Positions 1 through 9,546 are shown, counted from the stretch's first letter. The stretch is 41,843 nucleotides of DNA from an uncultured Methanosarcinales archaeon (GCA_964397315.1 CAYNHV010000009.1:1-41843), one strand, 5' to 3'. Program-made: numbers and translations. Notes: a model not told the origin generated them from the letters alone.

Positions 1-89
1 ATGGTCAAATTTTTAGTCTTGAAAATGGCGCATTCGCACTAAAGTGCGAGGTATTAAACCCACTGGAAAATGGCTTTGCGCCATTTTCA
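1..89. repeat. Palindromic REP/MITE-like element, family P (probably cut by the window edge)
   Basis: IR TGAAAATGGCGC...GCGCCATTTTCA with inner hairpin TCGCACT-AA-AGTGCGA; its reverse complement recurs at 32276-32426. Confidence 0.85.
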
Positions 90-632
90 TTAAGAATATT
101 CCAGATAGAGTGCCTCAAAAATCTTAAGATTATTCTCTGCATCTTGTTTATTTGGAAACCCATTATTTCTTAATATATGATTAAACCGTTCTACTATCTC
201 TTTTGGAGATACTCCATGAGAGATAATGATCTCAATATCTTCTTTATCAGGTTCATTTAATCTTGATAGTTTTGTGACTGCATTATCTAACAGGTTTATG
301 ATTTCAACATCAAAATTCTTATATTTCTCTTTATAGATGTCAGAGTCAGTATCAGACGGTAAAGTTGTGCTAAATACATATGGAAAAGGCCACACATCAA
401 CTTTTAGTCTTTCTGGAAGTCTATTGAGATACGCTTTGAGTTTTTTTATATCAATATCTTTCACCATGAAATCAAAATCTTTTGTTGAAATCTTTAAGTT
501 TCTTAAGACAAGAGAAGTTCCTCCAACTGCAATTAATGTAAACTTGATTGAAGGAGCTTCTAAATCATTCTTAATCTCTTTGTCAAGTAATTCAAAGAAT
601 TCATCAATCCTTCCCTTATCAAGTCTTTGCAT
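90..632 (-). CDS. Nucleotidyltransferase, DUF6036/AbiEii-like (type IV TA toxin-like)
   Basis: VGGTSL...STKDFDF motif and C-terminal KLSR..DKEDI; GGTGA RBS before ATG 632; overlaps upstream partner; AT-rich. Confidence 0.7.
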   Translation of the reverse strand: MQRLDKGRIDEFFELLDKEIKNDLEAPSIKFTLIAVGGTSLVLRNLKISTKDFDFMVKDIDIKKLKAYLNRLPERLKVDVWPFPYVFSTTLPSDTDSDIYKEKYKNFDVEIINLLDNAVTKLSRLNEPDKEDIEIIISHGVSPKEIVERFNHILRNNGFPNKQDAENNLKIFEALYLEYS

Positions 633-1332
633 GCTTCTCACCATATAATTCAAAATAATTCCTGTAATCATCCAGCTTATTTAAGGTATAGATATTCCAT
701 TTTCTGCTTATATCGTCCTGCTCTATTAGATTAAATATTTTTTTATACCTTTTATCTCTTAATATTCTGATATTATCCTTATTTTTTTCTAAAGATTTGA
801 TAAACTCCTTAAATTCTCTTGAAGGAGAATAATTCTGGACAATATCAAAGATATAGCCCACAAAGTTTATTATTCCATTATCAATTGCAAATTGATGAAT
901 CTCAAATAAATCTATCTTATCCCTATTATTTAAGATATATACCGGAAGCAAATCAGCAATTCTTGTATCAATCTCCTGGTAATTCTCAAATATTTTCTTT
1001 ATAATCTCTGTTGGCGGTATAACCTTCTCTTTAGAAAGCTTATAACCAATCAGCTCCATATCTGACTTTTTGTAACAGGATATGATTAAATCTAATAATT
1101 CTTTTTTTGTTTCTTTATGCTCATAAAGGTTTTTAAGATTTATGTGGCTTAGAAGAACTACAGCTTTGATTTTATCTTTTATTGCATTAGAAAGATAATT
1201 CTTTTCAGTCTGGCTTAATTTCTTGTTTTCAAGCCTTTTTATCAATACTCCAAACTGCCGGTCAGTAAATAGGGAGGGAACTATTAATGACTTGATTCTC
1301 TTTAACTTGGTTTCATATAGACTTTTGTTCAT
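619..1332 (-). CDS. Putative antitoxin/regulator partner of the nucleotidyltransferase (AbiEi-like)
   Basis: 237-aa ORF coupled to the NTase; C-terminal half resembles 1484-2152 (IDLFEI..A....IN..G / RKWN.....DD.R). Confidence 0.55.
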   Translation of the reverse strand: MNKSLYETKLKRIKSLIVPSLFTDRQFGVLIKRLENKKLSQTEKNYLSNAIKDKIKAVVLLSHINLKNLYEHKETKKELLDLIISCYKKSDMELIGYKLSKEKVIPPTEIIKKIFENYQEIDTRIADLLPVYILNNRDKIDLFEIHQFAIDNGIINFVGYIFDIVQNYSPSREFKEFIKSLEKNKDNIRILRDKRYKKIFNLIEQDDISRKWNIYTLNKLDDYRNYFELYGEKHAKT

Positions 1333-1446
1333 CTAAATCACCCATGCATGTACCTTTTATTACTATAACTATTGTAATAGTTACTAATATATAAATATTT
1401 CGTTCTTTATTATCATAGCCCTTTAAAAATCAGTAAATAAAACAAA

Positions 1447-1483
1447 ACATTTATATACTTCTTATTATATCAATTGATATAAT
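1447..1483 (+). promoter_or_regulatory. TATA box plus perfect 20-bp palindromic operator
   Basis: ACATTTATATA, then ATTATATCAATTGATATAAT (1464-1483) abutting ATG 1484. Confidence 0.65.
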
Positions 1484-2152
1484 ATGACAAGAACACCTAA
1501 CCTGGCCACAATAAGCATGATAAGGGACACTATAAGGGCCCAAAATAGAGAATTCTCTGTCTACCAGCTCTGGAAGGCCCTGCCCAGGAAGATGATGTAC
1601 CAGACCTACAAAAAGGCAATATCCTACCTTACAGAAAGGGGCGAGATAATCACAGACAGCAATGGAAAGATAGCATATATGAAGATAAAAACAAAACACA
1701 AGCAAATAATGAGGAATGACATACTCAGAAGCCTCTCACATTACGGCTATGACCTCATAACCAAAGAAAAAGTCAGGGCCAGTATAATCCCCCTCCCAGA
1801 CCTTATCATAGAGATACTGCTGAGGTTCCCTGAAGCAAGGCTCATAGAGGCAATACCCTTAATTCTAACAAAAAACAGCATTGACAAGTTTGAGCTGTAC
1901 AGAAAAGCATACAAGAATAACCTGATCAATGAGATTGGATTCCTGCTTGATATTGCAATGAAGCTGTCAAAGAAGCTGGATCTTAAAGAACTGCTGGAAG
2001 AGCTTAAGAAGCAGAAGCAGAAAAACATCAGATACCTCACATCAATAAAGGACAGGGAATTCCTTGAGAAGAGGACTCCTGCAATAATGAGAAAATGGAA
2101 TCTCAGAGGACTGTTCTCAATAGATGACTTCAGGAAAGAGGCTTACATATGA
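1484..2152 (+). CDS. wHTH-containing antitoxin-like protein
   Basis: N-terminus (TPNLATI...QLWKALPRKMMYQT) resembles 12346-12618; C-terminus resembles 619-1332. Confidence 0.6.
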   Translation: MTRTPNLATISMIRDTIRAQNREFSVYQLWKALPRKMMYQTYKKAISYLTERGEIITDSNGKIAYMKIKTKHKQIMRNDILRSLSHYGYDLITKEKVRASIIPLPDLIIEILLRFPEARLIEAIPLILTKNSIDKFELYRKAYKNNLINEIGFLLDIAMKLSKKLDLKELLEELKKQKQKNIRYLTSIKDREFLEKRTPAIMRKWNLRGLFSIDDFRKEAYI

Positions 2153-2234
2153 TAACAAGAAGTCATGGCCTGGCTCTGATGAGCAGCTTGAAAGCAATTT
2201 CAGGCTCATCCTGAAAGAATTCTTTAAAGGATGA
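2149..2234 (+). pseudogene. Internally deleted partner (toxin NTase-like) remnant
   Basis: ATGA-coupled start MITR joined out of frame to a C-terminal piece SWPGSDEQLESNFRLILKEFFKG*. Confidence 0.55.
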
Positions 2235-2399
2235 TATAACCTGATCATTCTTGTCCATCACCGCCATCTCTCCCTGTGCCGCGCCTGGCCCCTTCTTAAA
2301 ACTAATAATAACTGATGCCGCTGCCTCAGAAGGCTGGAAAGATTCTGTGGGTTTCAGGGATATAAAAGACCGGCTTACATCTGCTGTCAGACATTTTAA

Positions 2400-2624
2400 T
2401 CAGCCATGAAGATATTTCTCATCAATTCCTGCTATCTCCTTGTAATGATAGTATATGACAAAAAGCACAGAGGATATGACACCAATCACCAAACCATAAA
2501 GTATCTTCATTATTGAATCATTCCAGATGCCAATGATAAGGTAAATCATTGATGCTGCATAAACTATAATGGTGAATAATCTAAGATAAGGGAGAACAGT
2601 CCTGGCATCCTTTATCTTTCCCAT
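2400..2624 (-). CDS. Small two-TM membrane protein
   Basis: Two hydrophobic segments; 74 aa from MGKIK. Confidence 0.6.
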   Translation of the reverse strand: MGKIKDARTVLPYLRLFTIIVYAASMIYLIIGIWNDSIMKILYGLVIGVISSVLFVIYYHYKEIAGIDEKYLHG

Positions 2625-2655
2625 GAACCTGCCTACTGTTACATCATTTATAAAA

Positions 2656-2958
2656 TTATTGCGGGATCTCAACAACAATATGCTTTCCCTTCACTTTCAG
2701 ATTTACTTCCTTTCCTTTCTTCAAACCCAGAGCTTCTTCAACACTCTTAGGCACTCTAAGAATCAGGTTGCTTCTTACCCTGCCCAGCTTAACCTTGATT
2801 GACTCTTTCTTAAGCTTGTTAAGGAGAAGTATCCTCTGGGCCTGTTTTGGATCAAAGTAGACCTCTCCGCAGGAGCACTTCCAGCCGTCAATCTTATAAT
2901 TATTGAAATCAATTCCCTTAACAAATTTCATCTTCCCTGAGCATTTATGGCATTTCAT
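2656..2958 (-). CDS. Zn-ribbon (YgiT/MqsA-type) plus AbrB/MazE antitoxin-like protein
   Basis: CxxC...CxC motif, then SNLILRVPKSV..ALGLKKG AbrB motif; ATGA overlap with upstream gene. Confidence 0.75.
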   Translation of the reverse strand: MKCHKCSGKMKFVKGIDFNNYKIDGWKCSCGEVYFDPKQAQRILLLNKLKKESIKVKLGRVRSNLILRVPKSVEEALGLKKGKEVNLKVKGKHIVVEIPQ

Positions 2959-3209
2959 TTTCGGGTGAACCTTCCGAAGTGTATGAGTATCCACACATCT
3001 TCCCTGTCATGATGGCTCTTTGCAATGACTGCATTGTATGTTTTCCTTCCCTTATCAAGCCATTTCTCGCTCTTTCCCCTGCCTCTTTTTCTTGGAGCAC
3101 CATAGCCCCTCTCAAGCACCTCTGCAGCATGAGCAAGTGTCCTGCCCTGCTTCATGAGATCCCTCATTGCAGAGGCTGAAGGGACTATCCTGAGGCCCTT
3201 GTACCTCAC
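2955..3209 (-). CDS. Small basic toxin-like protein (DUF4258/RelE-fold-like); start uncertain
   Basis: Basic ~85-aa ORF ending WILIHFGRF, coupled to the antitoxin-like gene. Confidence 0.55.
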   Translation of the reverse strand: MRYKGLRIVPSASAMRDLMKQGRTLAHAAEVLERGYGAPRKRGRGKSEKWLDKGRKTYNAVIAKSHHDREDVWILIHFGRFTRK

Positions 3210-3512
3210 ATCCAGCGTATTTAGGTGGAGTATGTTAATAACAAATGTATATAAATCTTTCGCTTTCATGCAGAATAACAGCAAGGAAATCTTTATATGC
3301 CTTTGTAAGAAGAAACCGGAGAATCTTCAGCCAGCAAAGGAATAACTCCGGAAAGAAAACAATCATACCGGAAATCCTGCCAAAAGACTTAAAAACAAAG
3401 CATTATTTCTGTAATGCATGGGAAACCACTCCAAAAGGATACCATAGGAACATCAGTGCTGCTCAGGTGCCTGGCAAGTGCCTTCAGCAGGGGATGTCCG
3501 GAGGTATCCAGA

Positions 3513-3803
3513 ATGGTGTCAAAGAAAGACAGAAGAAGGAGTGGCTATATTACACCAAGAGCAACTGTTTCTAAGAAAGAGTTGATAAGATATAATCTGT
3601 TTATAACCCCTTTCTATGATGACTGGGAGGATTACAGGGACAGTCTCAGGGACTGGTACAGTGATTTCAAGACAATAAAAAATCCTGATCCATGTGCTCT
3701 TCCAAAAAACATGTACTGGAAAAGAATAAGGATGAATAAGAAGCAGAAAAAGCTTCTGAAAAGAAGGCAGGCAAAGAGATGCAAAAGAAAACTCAGAATG
3801 TGA
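3513..3803 (+). CDS. Basic hypothetical protein
   Basis: GGAGGT RBS before ATG 3513; FYDDWEDYRD motif. Confidence 0.65.
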   Translation: MVSKKDRRRSGYITPRATVSKKELIRYNLFITPFYDDWEDYRDSLRDWYSDFKTIKNPDPCALPKNMYWKRIRMNKKQKKLLKRRQAKRCKRKLRM

Positions 3804-3911
3804 TGGTCTTGTTGTTCTTCCGCTTTATCCGGAGCTTGTCACTGGTCACTGAACATGTGTGGCCAATATGTTTATATAGCTAAACCTCTGGATTCTGAAG
3901 GTTCCGGAAAA

Positions 3912-4139
3912 ATGACAATAAAACATAGAACATGCTCTATAAGAATATCATTCCTGAACATTGGCTGGGAAAGCAGAATCTCCCGGAAAAGATCCACATT
4001 GAGCATCTCCATCAACAAGCTTGTTGCAATAGGGTCCTGCCTGAAGAAAGGCCAGACAATATACTGCTATCTTGCTGAGGATATGCAGAAAAGGCCTGTA
4101 ATGATAGCATACCTTGATGGAAAAGAGAGGGATCCATGA
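3912..4139 (+). CDS. Hypothetical protein, possible AbrB-like fold
   Basis: TLSISINKLVA..LKKGQ.IY pattern; TATA-like TTTATATA upstream. Confidence 0.5.
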   Translation: MTIKHRTCSIRISFLNIGWESRISRKRSTLSISINKLVAIGSCLKKGQTIYCYLAEDMQKRPVMIAYLDGKERDP

Positions 4140-4144
4140 CCACA

Positions 4145-4185
4145 ACATTTATATATAACCTACCAATAGTATCAATTGATACTAT
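4145..4185 (+). promoter_or_regulatory. TATA box plus perfect 20-bp palindromic operator
   Basis: ACATTTATATA, then ATAGTATCAATTGATACTAT (4166-4185); same TATCAATTGATA core as 1464-1483. Confidence 0.65.
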
Positions 4186-4201
4186 CAATAGTATAATTAA
4201 A

Positions 4202-4801
4202 ATGCTTACAAGAACACAAGAGCAGATACTGGCATTTTTGCTGGCCAATCCTGAGCAGAAGCCAACTATCAGGGGAATCTCCAAAAGACTGGGAAAGTCA
4301 TACACTCTTATCTACAACAATATCTCTGATCTGGAAGAAAAGGATATCATCAGGAAGCAGGATGTGCCTCCTGCCCAGATAATCTCTCTGAACAGATTTG
4401 CTCCAAGAGATATCCTTATTGATATTGAATTGAAGATAAGAAGGCAGTTCCTTAAAGAGAACTCCTGGGCAAAAGTCATGCTCAAGGATATCCTGTCAGC
4501 AGTTAAGAGTCATTTTTTCATACTGGTTATATTTGGATCATATGCAAAAGGCACTCAGTCAAAGGGATCAGACATTGATATTCTGGCTATTGTCCAGGAT
4601 AAGAGGGATGCAAAAGAGATAGAGCATGCAGTGAAGAAAGCATACACTAAAGCAAGAAAAAGCCTTAATATTGTTGACATAAATGATCTTAGAGAGATGA
4701 TGAGGGATACAGATGAGCTTAACATCAGCAATGAGGCAAAGAAACACCATATAATTCTGCATGGTATTGAATCATATTATCAGATAGTCAGAAGAGAATG
4801 A
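4202..4801 (+). CDS. wHTH plus minimal nucleotidyltransferase (MNT) antitoxin
   Basis: FGSYAKG...SDIDIL motif; N-terminal HTH; likely start MLTRTQ. Confidence 0.85.
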   Translation: MLTRTQEQILAFLLANPEQKPTIRGISKRLGKSYTLIYNNISDLEEKDIIRKQDVPPAQIISLNRFAPRDILIDIELKIRRQFLKENSWAKVMLKDILSAVKSHFFILVIFGSYAKGTQSKGSDIDILAIVQDKRDAKEIEHAVKKAYTKARKSLNIVDINDLREMMRDTDELNISNEAKKHHIILHGIESYYQIVRRE

Positions 4802-4919
4802 AGATAGAAGAGCTTATAAGGTAACTCCAGATGTAGAGGAATATAATGCAAGAAAGGCAATAGACACTTCAGAGGAGTTTATCAGCACAATAAGGCAGTT
4901 GATGGCCAATAAATACTGA
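4798..4919 (+). pseudogene. HEPN toxin remnant (internal deletion)
   Basis: ATGA-coupled MKIEELIR*; other frame gives a HEPN-like last helix VTPDVEEYNARKAIDTSEEFISTIRQL; no Rx4H segment left. Confidence 0.6.
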
Positions 4920-5009
4920 TTCTGCACCCGCAAAAACATACGTCATAGTTATATAAACAAGCAGTTTTCATAATAAGATCTGAGAAAAAACAAATGAGAT
5001 GGTGATAGC

Positions 5010-5465
5010 ATGAAGCTCGGAGAAGCATTAAGCAGACTAAAGAAAGACAAGAGCAAACTGGCAAGACTGATCTCTCTGAGAAAAGAGAATGCATACATAG
5101 AAGAAGGAAAAAAGACAAGATTTGATCCAAAAAAAATGTCAGAAGAGATAGACAGGAAGATTGAAGATATAAGAAAACAGAAGATCCTGATACAGAAGAC
5201 CAACCTAAACAACATGGTTTCCGGAGAAAAGATAAGCCTTGCTGAAGCTATAATCAAGGTCAATGACTTAAGAAGCAGGATAGCTCACTTAAGCGGGTTA
5301 TCCGAGAAGAAAGAGATATACACATCACGGGACAATGACAGGAATATGGTGGCCCAGTTGGACGAACTTGAAGTAGAGGATGAGATAGAGAAACTGGAGA
5401 TTGAGAAAGTTCAGCTTGACAATAAGATCCAGATAACCAACTGGACAACAAGACTGAGTGATTAA
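5010..5465 (+). CDS. DIP1984-like coiled-coil protein
   Basis: MKLGEAL start, IQKTN, SLAEAI and LDNKIQ..NWTT.L motifs; GGTGAT RBS. Confidence 0.75.
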   Translation: MKLGEALSRLKKDKSKLARLISLRKENAYIEEGKKTRFDPKKMSEEIDRKIEDIRKQKILIQKTNLNNMVSGEKISLAEAIIKVNDLRSRIAHLSGLSEKKEIYTSRDNDRNMVAQLDELEVEDEIEKLEIEKVQLDNKIQITNWTTRLSD

Positions 5466-5466
5466 G

Positions 5467-5695
5467 CTTATCTGTCCAACAGATAAGAGGCTGGTAGGTC
5501 TGGAGGTAAGCATGGGAAGCAGGTTTGTCCAGCCTCAAATCAAATGATTTGTTATTGGATAATGCCTGCGCGATGCCAAGATCGAACTGATGAGATGTGA
5601 TGCCTTACAGATAAATGATTAAAGATTACTGTTTAAGGATCACAGCTCAAGGATCATATACCTGTGCTTTTCCTCCAGCTATCAGCATTTTTTAT
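5467..5695 (+). ncRNA. Candidate structured RNA downstream of the DIP1984-like gene
   Basis: 5490-5516 pairs with 5661-5686 (~24 bp including G-U); 9-bp hairpin 5467-5487; T-tract follows. Confidence 0.5.
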
Positions 5696-5858
5696 TCAGC
5701 ATATTCCATAAAATAACATGGTTAATTCTCAAAACCCCAATTCCTCTTCAAAGAAACACCAAACCACAACCTGGCCTCAGAAAGGTCCAGGCCATTATGG
5801 AGGTTTCGCCTGCTTTCTGGGAACAGTGACATATTTCATAAAAGAATGAGCTGCCTCA

Positions 5859-6182
5859 TCACCTTATCTTCAATGCCTTCATGATCTTGTCAAGCTTCAT
5901 GTTTATCATTGCTATGTCTTCCTGTGTCACGCCCTGCTTCTGGCCTCCAGAGCCTTCTTTTTTCCTGTAACAGTCACTGCAGTACACCGGCTTGCTGCTT
6001 GTGGGCCTGAACGGAACCTCGCATTGCTCTCCGCAGCTGTCGCAGACCACCCTGTGCATCTCCAGCCTGCCTGAGTCCTTTCTGTCGGGCCTTGAGTTCC
6101 TGCCAGCCTTTCCTGAGGCTTTCCTGCCTGGTTTTGAATCCCTGCTGAATGATTTCCTGTTTTTTCCTTTGCGTTCTCCCAT
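5859..6182 (-). CDS. CxxC-x17-CxxC domain protein
   Basis: CDSC...VPFRP...PVYCSDC. Confidence 0.9.
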   Translation of the reverse strand: MGERKGKNRKSFSRDSKPGRKASGKAGRNSRPDRKDSGRLEMHRVVCDSCGEQCEVPFRPTSSKPVYCSDCYRKKEGSGGQKQGVTQEDIAMINMKLDKIMKALKIR

Positions 6183-6686
6183 CTGGCACAGGAAATTGAA
6201 CCCCTTTATAAACTTATGGTAAAAGCTGCTTCTTTCAGGAGATAGAACTATTCCGGAGATTCCCTGAGAGATGAGTGTATTCAGGAGCAGGTATTTTTCT
6301 CACAAAATCCTATACTGGTTCAGTGCTGTCGGAATCTTCTCCTACAAGGCCATCAAAACCCCCTTTTCCTGCATCCTTTGCAGGATCTTGACATGGAACC
6401 GGGGTTCTTCATGAAAAACCCCTCAAACTTGTTTTGAGAAATCTGTCGGAATAATGCCAGACATTGTCAGTCTTTTCCACACCAATAAAATCATTTATGC
6501 CATTATCCCAGAATACGCCCTTTTTTCAGAAAAGCAAGATTCGGGATTATGCCGAATAAAAAACAAACTAAAAATTTTAGGCAAAAAAAGGCGTTTTCAG
6601 AGGATACAAACCCCTTCTGAGAGTGAAAATGGCCTTATTTGGCCTGCATCTAATTCTGCTATAAACCTTTAATCAAAAACAGAAGT

Positions 6687-7016
6687 TTATGCTGACTTTT
6701 TGGTGTCTTCAAGCTCTCTCTCACATCCAGGAGTGTAGAGTATCCCTACCATCTCATGATTCCTTATCCTGTACTCAAGCCTGCCCACATTGGCTCAGTT
6801 CTCATCAACAACAAAGAAGGGCTCGCAGCAGATATCCAGCATCCTGTTCACATGCTCTCTTGTCAGGTTATCTCTGGAGCTGCAGAGAGACACCACATGA
6901 TAGTTTTTTCCGGCAAGCTGGCTGAGATCAAGCTCCTCCTGGGTCAGGTAATCTATGAAAGATGGCTTGTACCTCTCCTCCACAACCCCCAGGAAGTCCC
7001 CAAATCTGAGCATCAT
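6687..7016 (-). pseudogene. Hypothetical gene interrupted by one in-frame TGA
   Basis: Frame continues past the TGA at 6795-6797 for 35 codons with typical codon usage (ANVGRLEYRIRNHEMVG...KKSA*). Confidence 0.5.
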
Positions 7017-7183
7017 CCAATATACGCATTCCTGTTATATAAATTTTCTCCCACACCCTCGCTAAAACTTTTAATCAACACTAAAAGATTTATGTCCTCA
7101 TTAAAGCAATTGTCGGCAAAATCCCAAAGACTTAAAAAGGATAATGCAGGAATAAGGCACACAAGGAAATACCAGAACAGGAG

Positions 7184-7735
7184 GTGATCAGGTTCAAACA
7201 CAGCAAAATAGTCCTTACACATGCAGAGCCTGGAATGAATCCAGGAGCAGACGAGCTGGCCAGCGTGATAATGGCAAGGATAGGCCTGCTTCCAAGAAAG
7301 AAGGGCTCCACAACAAGGATGCACAACATACTCCTGGAGCTTTACGAGAGGGCAAAACAAGCCTACAGGAAGAAAAGGCCTGAGATGGCTGTCATGACAG
7401 TTGAGGACATGGGTGATTTTGCCGGAATAAGCAGGCAGACAATGTATGATTACCTCAGCAGGTGGACAGAGCTCGGGCTTATAGTGAAGACGAGCTTCAT
7501 AAGCGAGGGAAAGGTTGTCATAGGCTACAAGCTCAATGGAAACACGCTGGAGCAGGCCTTCCAGAAGTCAGTCTCGCAAATCCAGGAAAACCTTAACACA
7601 ACACAAGGCCTCATAAGAGAGCTGCAGAGAAGTGTTAAGAATGAGAAGATCAGGGAAAAGCAGGGCATGAACCAGGCTGACAAGCGGGACTCTGGAGTAT
7701 CAGAATCTAACCAGGAACATTCAATAGAAGCTTAA
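7184..7735 (+). CDS. Winged helix-turn-helix protein with C-terminal coiled coil
   Basis: MTVEDMGDFAGISRQTMYDYLSRWTELGLI HTH followed by a beta wing (VVIGYKL); GTG start given by ORF track. Confidence 0.8.
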   Translation: MIRFKHSKIVLTHAEPGMNPGADELASVIMARIGLLPRKKGSTTRMHNILLELYERAKQAYRKKRPEMAVMTVEDMGDFAGISRQTMYDYLSRWTELGLIVKTSFISEGKVVIGYKLNGNTLEQAFQKSVSQIQENLNTTQGLIRELQRSVKNEKIREKQGMNQADKRDSGVSESNQEHSIEA

Positions 7736-8005
7736 AATTTTTTGTCATTATTTCTTTGTTCTGTTATTTTAACATATTATTGTATGGAAAAGTATCATTC
7801 TGAAGGTATTAAAAATTCCGAATGTTGTCGTAGTTTAACAAGAACCAGACAATACAAAATACCCTATCGCTGTCGGAATAATACAGACCTACAAAATCCA
7901 GACAGTTGTCGGTAAAAAACCAGAATCAAAAGGATTTCCAGGACAAAATGAGTGGGTGTCGGGAAGATACCGAATGGATACATCCTAGCTGCTGCATCCT
8001 TCAAA

Positions 8006-8460
8006 ATGCTTATAGCACCAACCCACAGAGCACTTTAAGCATATGATTGGGAGGGCTTATCTGAAGCAGGAGCTGGGAGTTGAGCTGTTTTGGAATGTGT
8101 GAACCTGCTGGGTGGTTGTGCAGAAAGGGAGGGAAGTACTATGATTAAAAGCCCCTCTAAGTGTTTTGATTAATCCAGACTTAACCACCGCCCTTATCAC
8201 AGTTACAGATGGACAAAGCCCTCCCGCCTCCCCCTCACATATGCTTAGCGCACCAACTCCACAGAGCACTTTAAGCATATGATTGGGAGGGCTTATCTGA
8301 AGCAGGAGCTGGGAGTTGAGCTGTTTTGGAATGTGTGAACCTGCTGGGTGGTTGTGCAGAAAGGGAGGGAATTACCAGGATTTATTATCACAAACAAACC
8401 ACCCTAAGGAGGGAATTACCTGGAATCACAATCATAAACCTGTTATCATAAGAAGCACCA
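8006..8460 (+). repeat. Repeat family R, locus 1 (two tandem cores plus ~45-bp tail units)
   Basis: 8023-8135 identical to 8259-8371 (period 236); homologous to loci at 15.4, 25.0, 32.1 and 41.8 kb. Confidence 0.9.
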
Positions 8461-8562
8461 GCAATACCCTAAACAAGCCAAAATGAGTGGTTGTCGGAAT
8501 AATCCCCTAAACCAGTTCAGACAGAAAAACTTTATATAATCAGCACCAAATGAGAGCCTCCC

Positions 8563-9546
8563 ATGGACCCTTTATTCGCCCTGCTGGTGTTCATAGCAGG
8601 AATAATACTCCTCGTCAAGGGAGGTGACTGGCTCATAACCAGCGCCTCAGTAATAGCGAGAAAGTTAAGGGTCTCGCCCCTCATAATAGGCCTGACAGTT
8701 GTGTCAATAGGCACATCCCTCCCAGAGCTTTTTGTGGCAATATTCGCAATCCTTGGCAACACTCCTGACATCTCAGTGGGCAACATAGTGGGCAGCAACA
8801 TAGCCAACATAGCCCTTGTAATAGGCGTTGCAGCTCTCATACAGCCGCTGGTGATAAGGGAGAAGACGCTCCTGTACGAGTTCCCTTTCCTGCTTGTGTC
8901 AAGCTTCCTCCTGCTTGTTCTCTCAAATGACAACAACATATTTCAGGTCAGCACATTCACCATAGGAAGGTTTGACGGGCTCATTTTCCTGCTCACCCTC
9001 ATATTCTTCACAGGCTATGTTTACAAGAGCATGAAGACGCAGAGGGAGAAGAAGGTTGAGAAGGAATTCAAGGAGGAGTTCGGCAGGGGAGAGAGGAGGA
9101 TACACAAGAGAGTCATATTCCTCTTTGTGGGCATAGCCTCACTTGTAATAGGTGGAAAGCTTCTTGTGGCATCAGCAGAGGATCTTGCCCTTACCCTCGG
9201 CCTGTCAGAGAAATTCGTGGGCCTGACAATGGTTGCCCTGGGAACATCGCTTCCAGAGCTTTTTGCCACTGGAGTGGCGGCATTCAAGAACCAGCCTGAC
9301 ATTGCAGTGGGGAATGTGGTTGGCAGCAGCATACTCAACATACTCTTTGTCCTGGGAATAAGCGGGCTCGCAATCCCTTTCAGCATGTCAGCCTCTCTTG
9401 TCCATGTTGACATGGTCATAATGACAGCAGTAACATTCATGTTCCTCGTCTTTGCGATAACAGGAAGAAAACTTGAGAGGCATGAGGGAGGAATACTCCT
9501 GGCAGGCTACATCGCATACATAGCATATCTTGTCATGGCCTTATGA
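8563..9546 (+). CDS. Ca2+/Na+ antiporter (YrbG/NCKX family)
   Basis: Two alpha-repeats GTSLPEL...GN.VGS; about 10 TM segments. Confidence 0.95.
   Translation: MDPLFALLVFIAGIILLVKGGDWLITSASVIARKLRVSPLIIGLTVVSIGTSLPELFVAIFAILGNTPDISVGNIVGSNIANIALVIGVAALIQPLVIREKTLLYEFPFLLVSSFLLLVLSNDNNIFQVSTFTIGRFDGLIFLLTLIFFTGYVYKSMKTQREKKVEKEFKEEFGRGERRIHKRVIFLFVGIASLVIGGKLLVASAEDLALTLGLSEKFVGLTMVALGTSLPELFATGVAAFKNQPDIAVGNVVGSSILNILFVLGISGLAIPFSMSASLVHVDMVIMTAVTFMFLVFAITGRKLERHEGGILLAGYIAYIAYLVMAL

Larger units (their letters stand above)
6327..8511 (+). promoter_or_regulatory. Cluster of TGTCGG-(A-rich 7-8 nt)-CMGA boxes around a wHTH gene
   Basis: TGTCGG at 6327, 6444, 7111, 7871, 7907, 7957, 8492; variants at 6465, 6539 (ATTCGG-N7-CCGAAT) and 7826. 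Confidence 0.7.
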
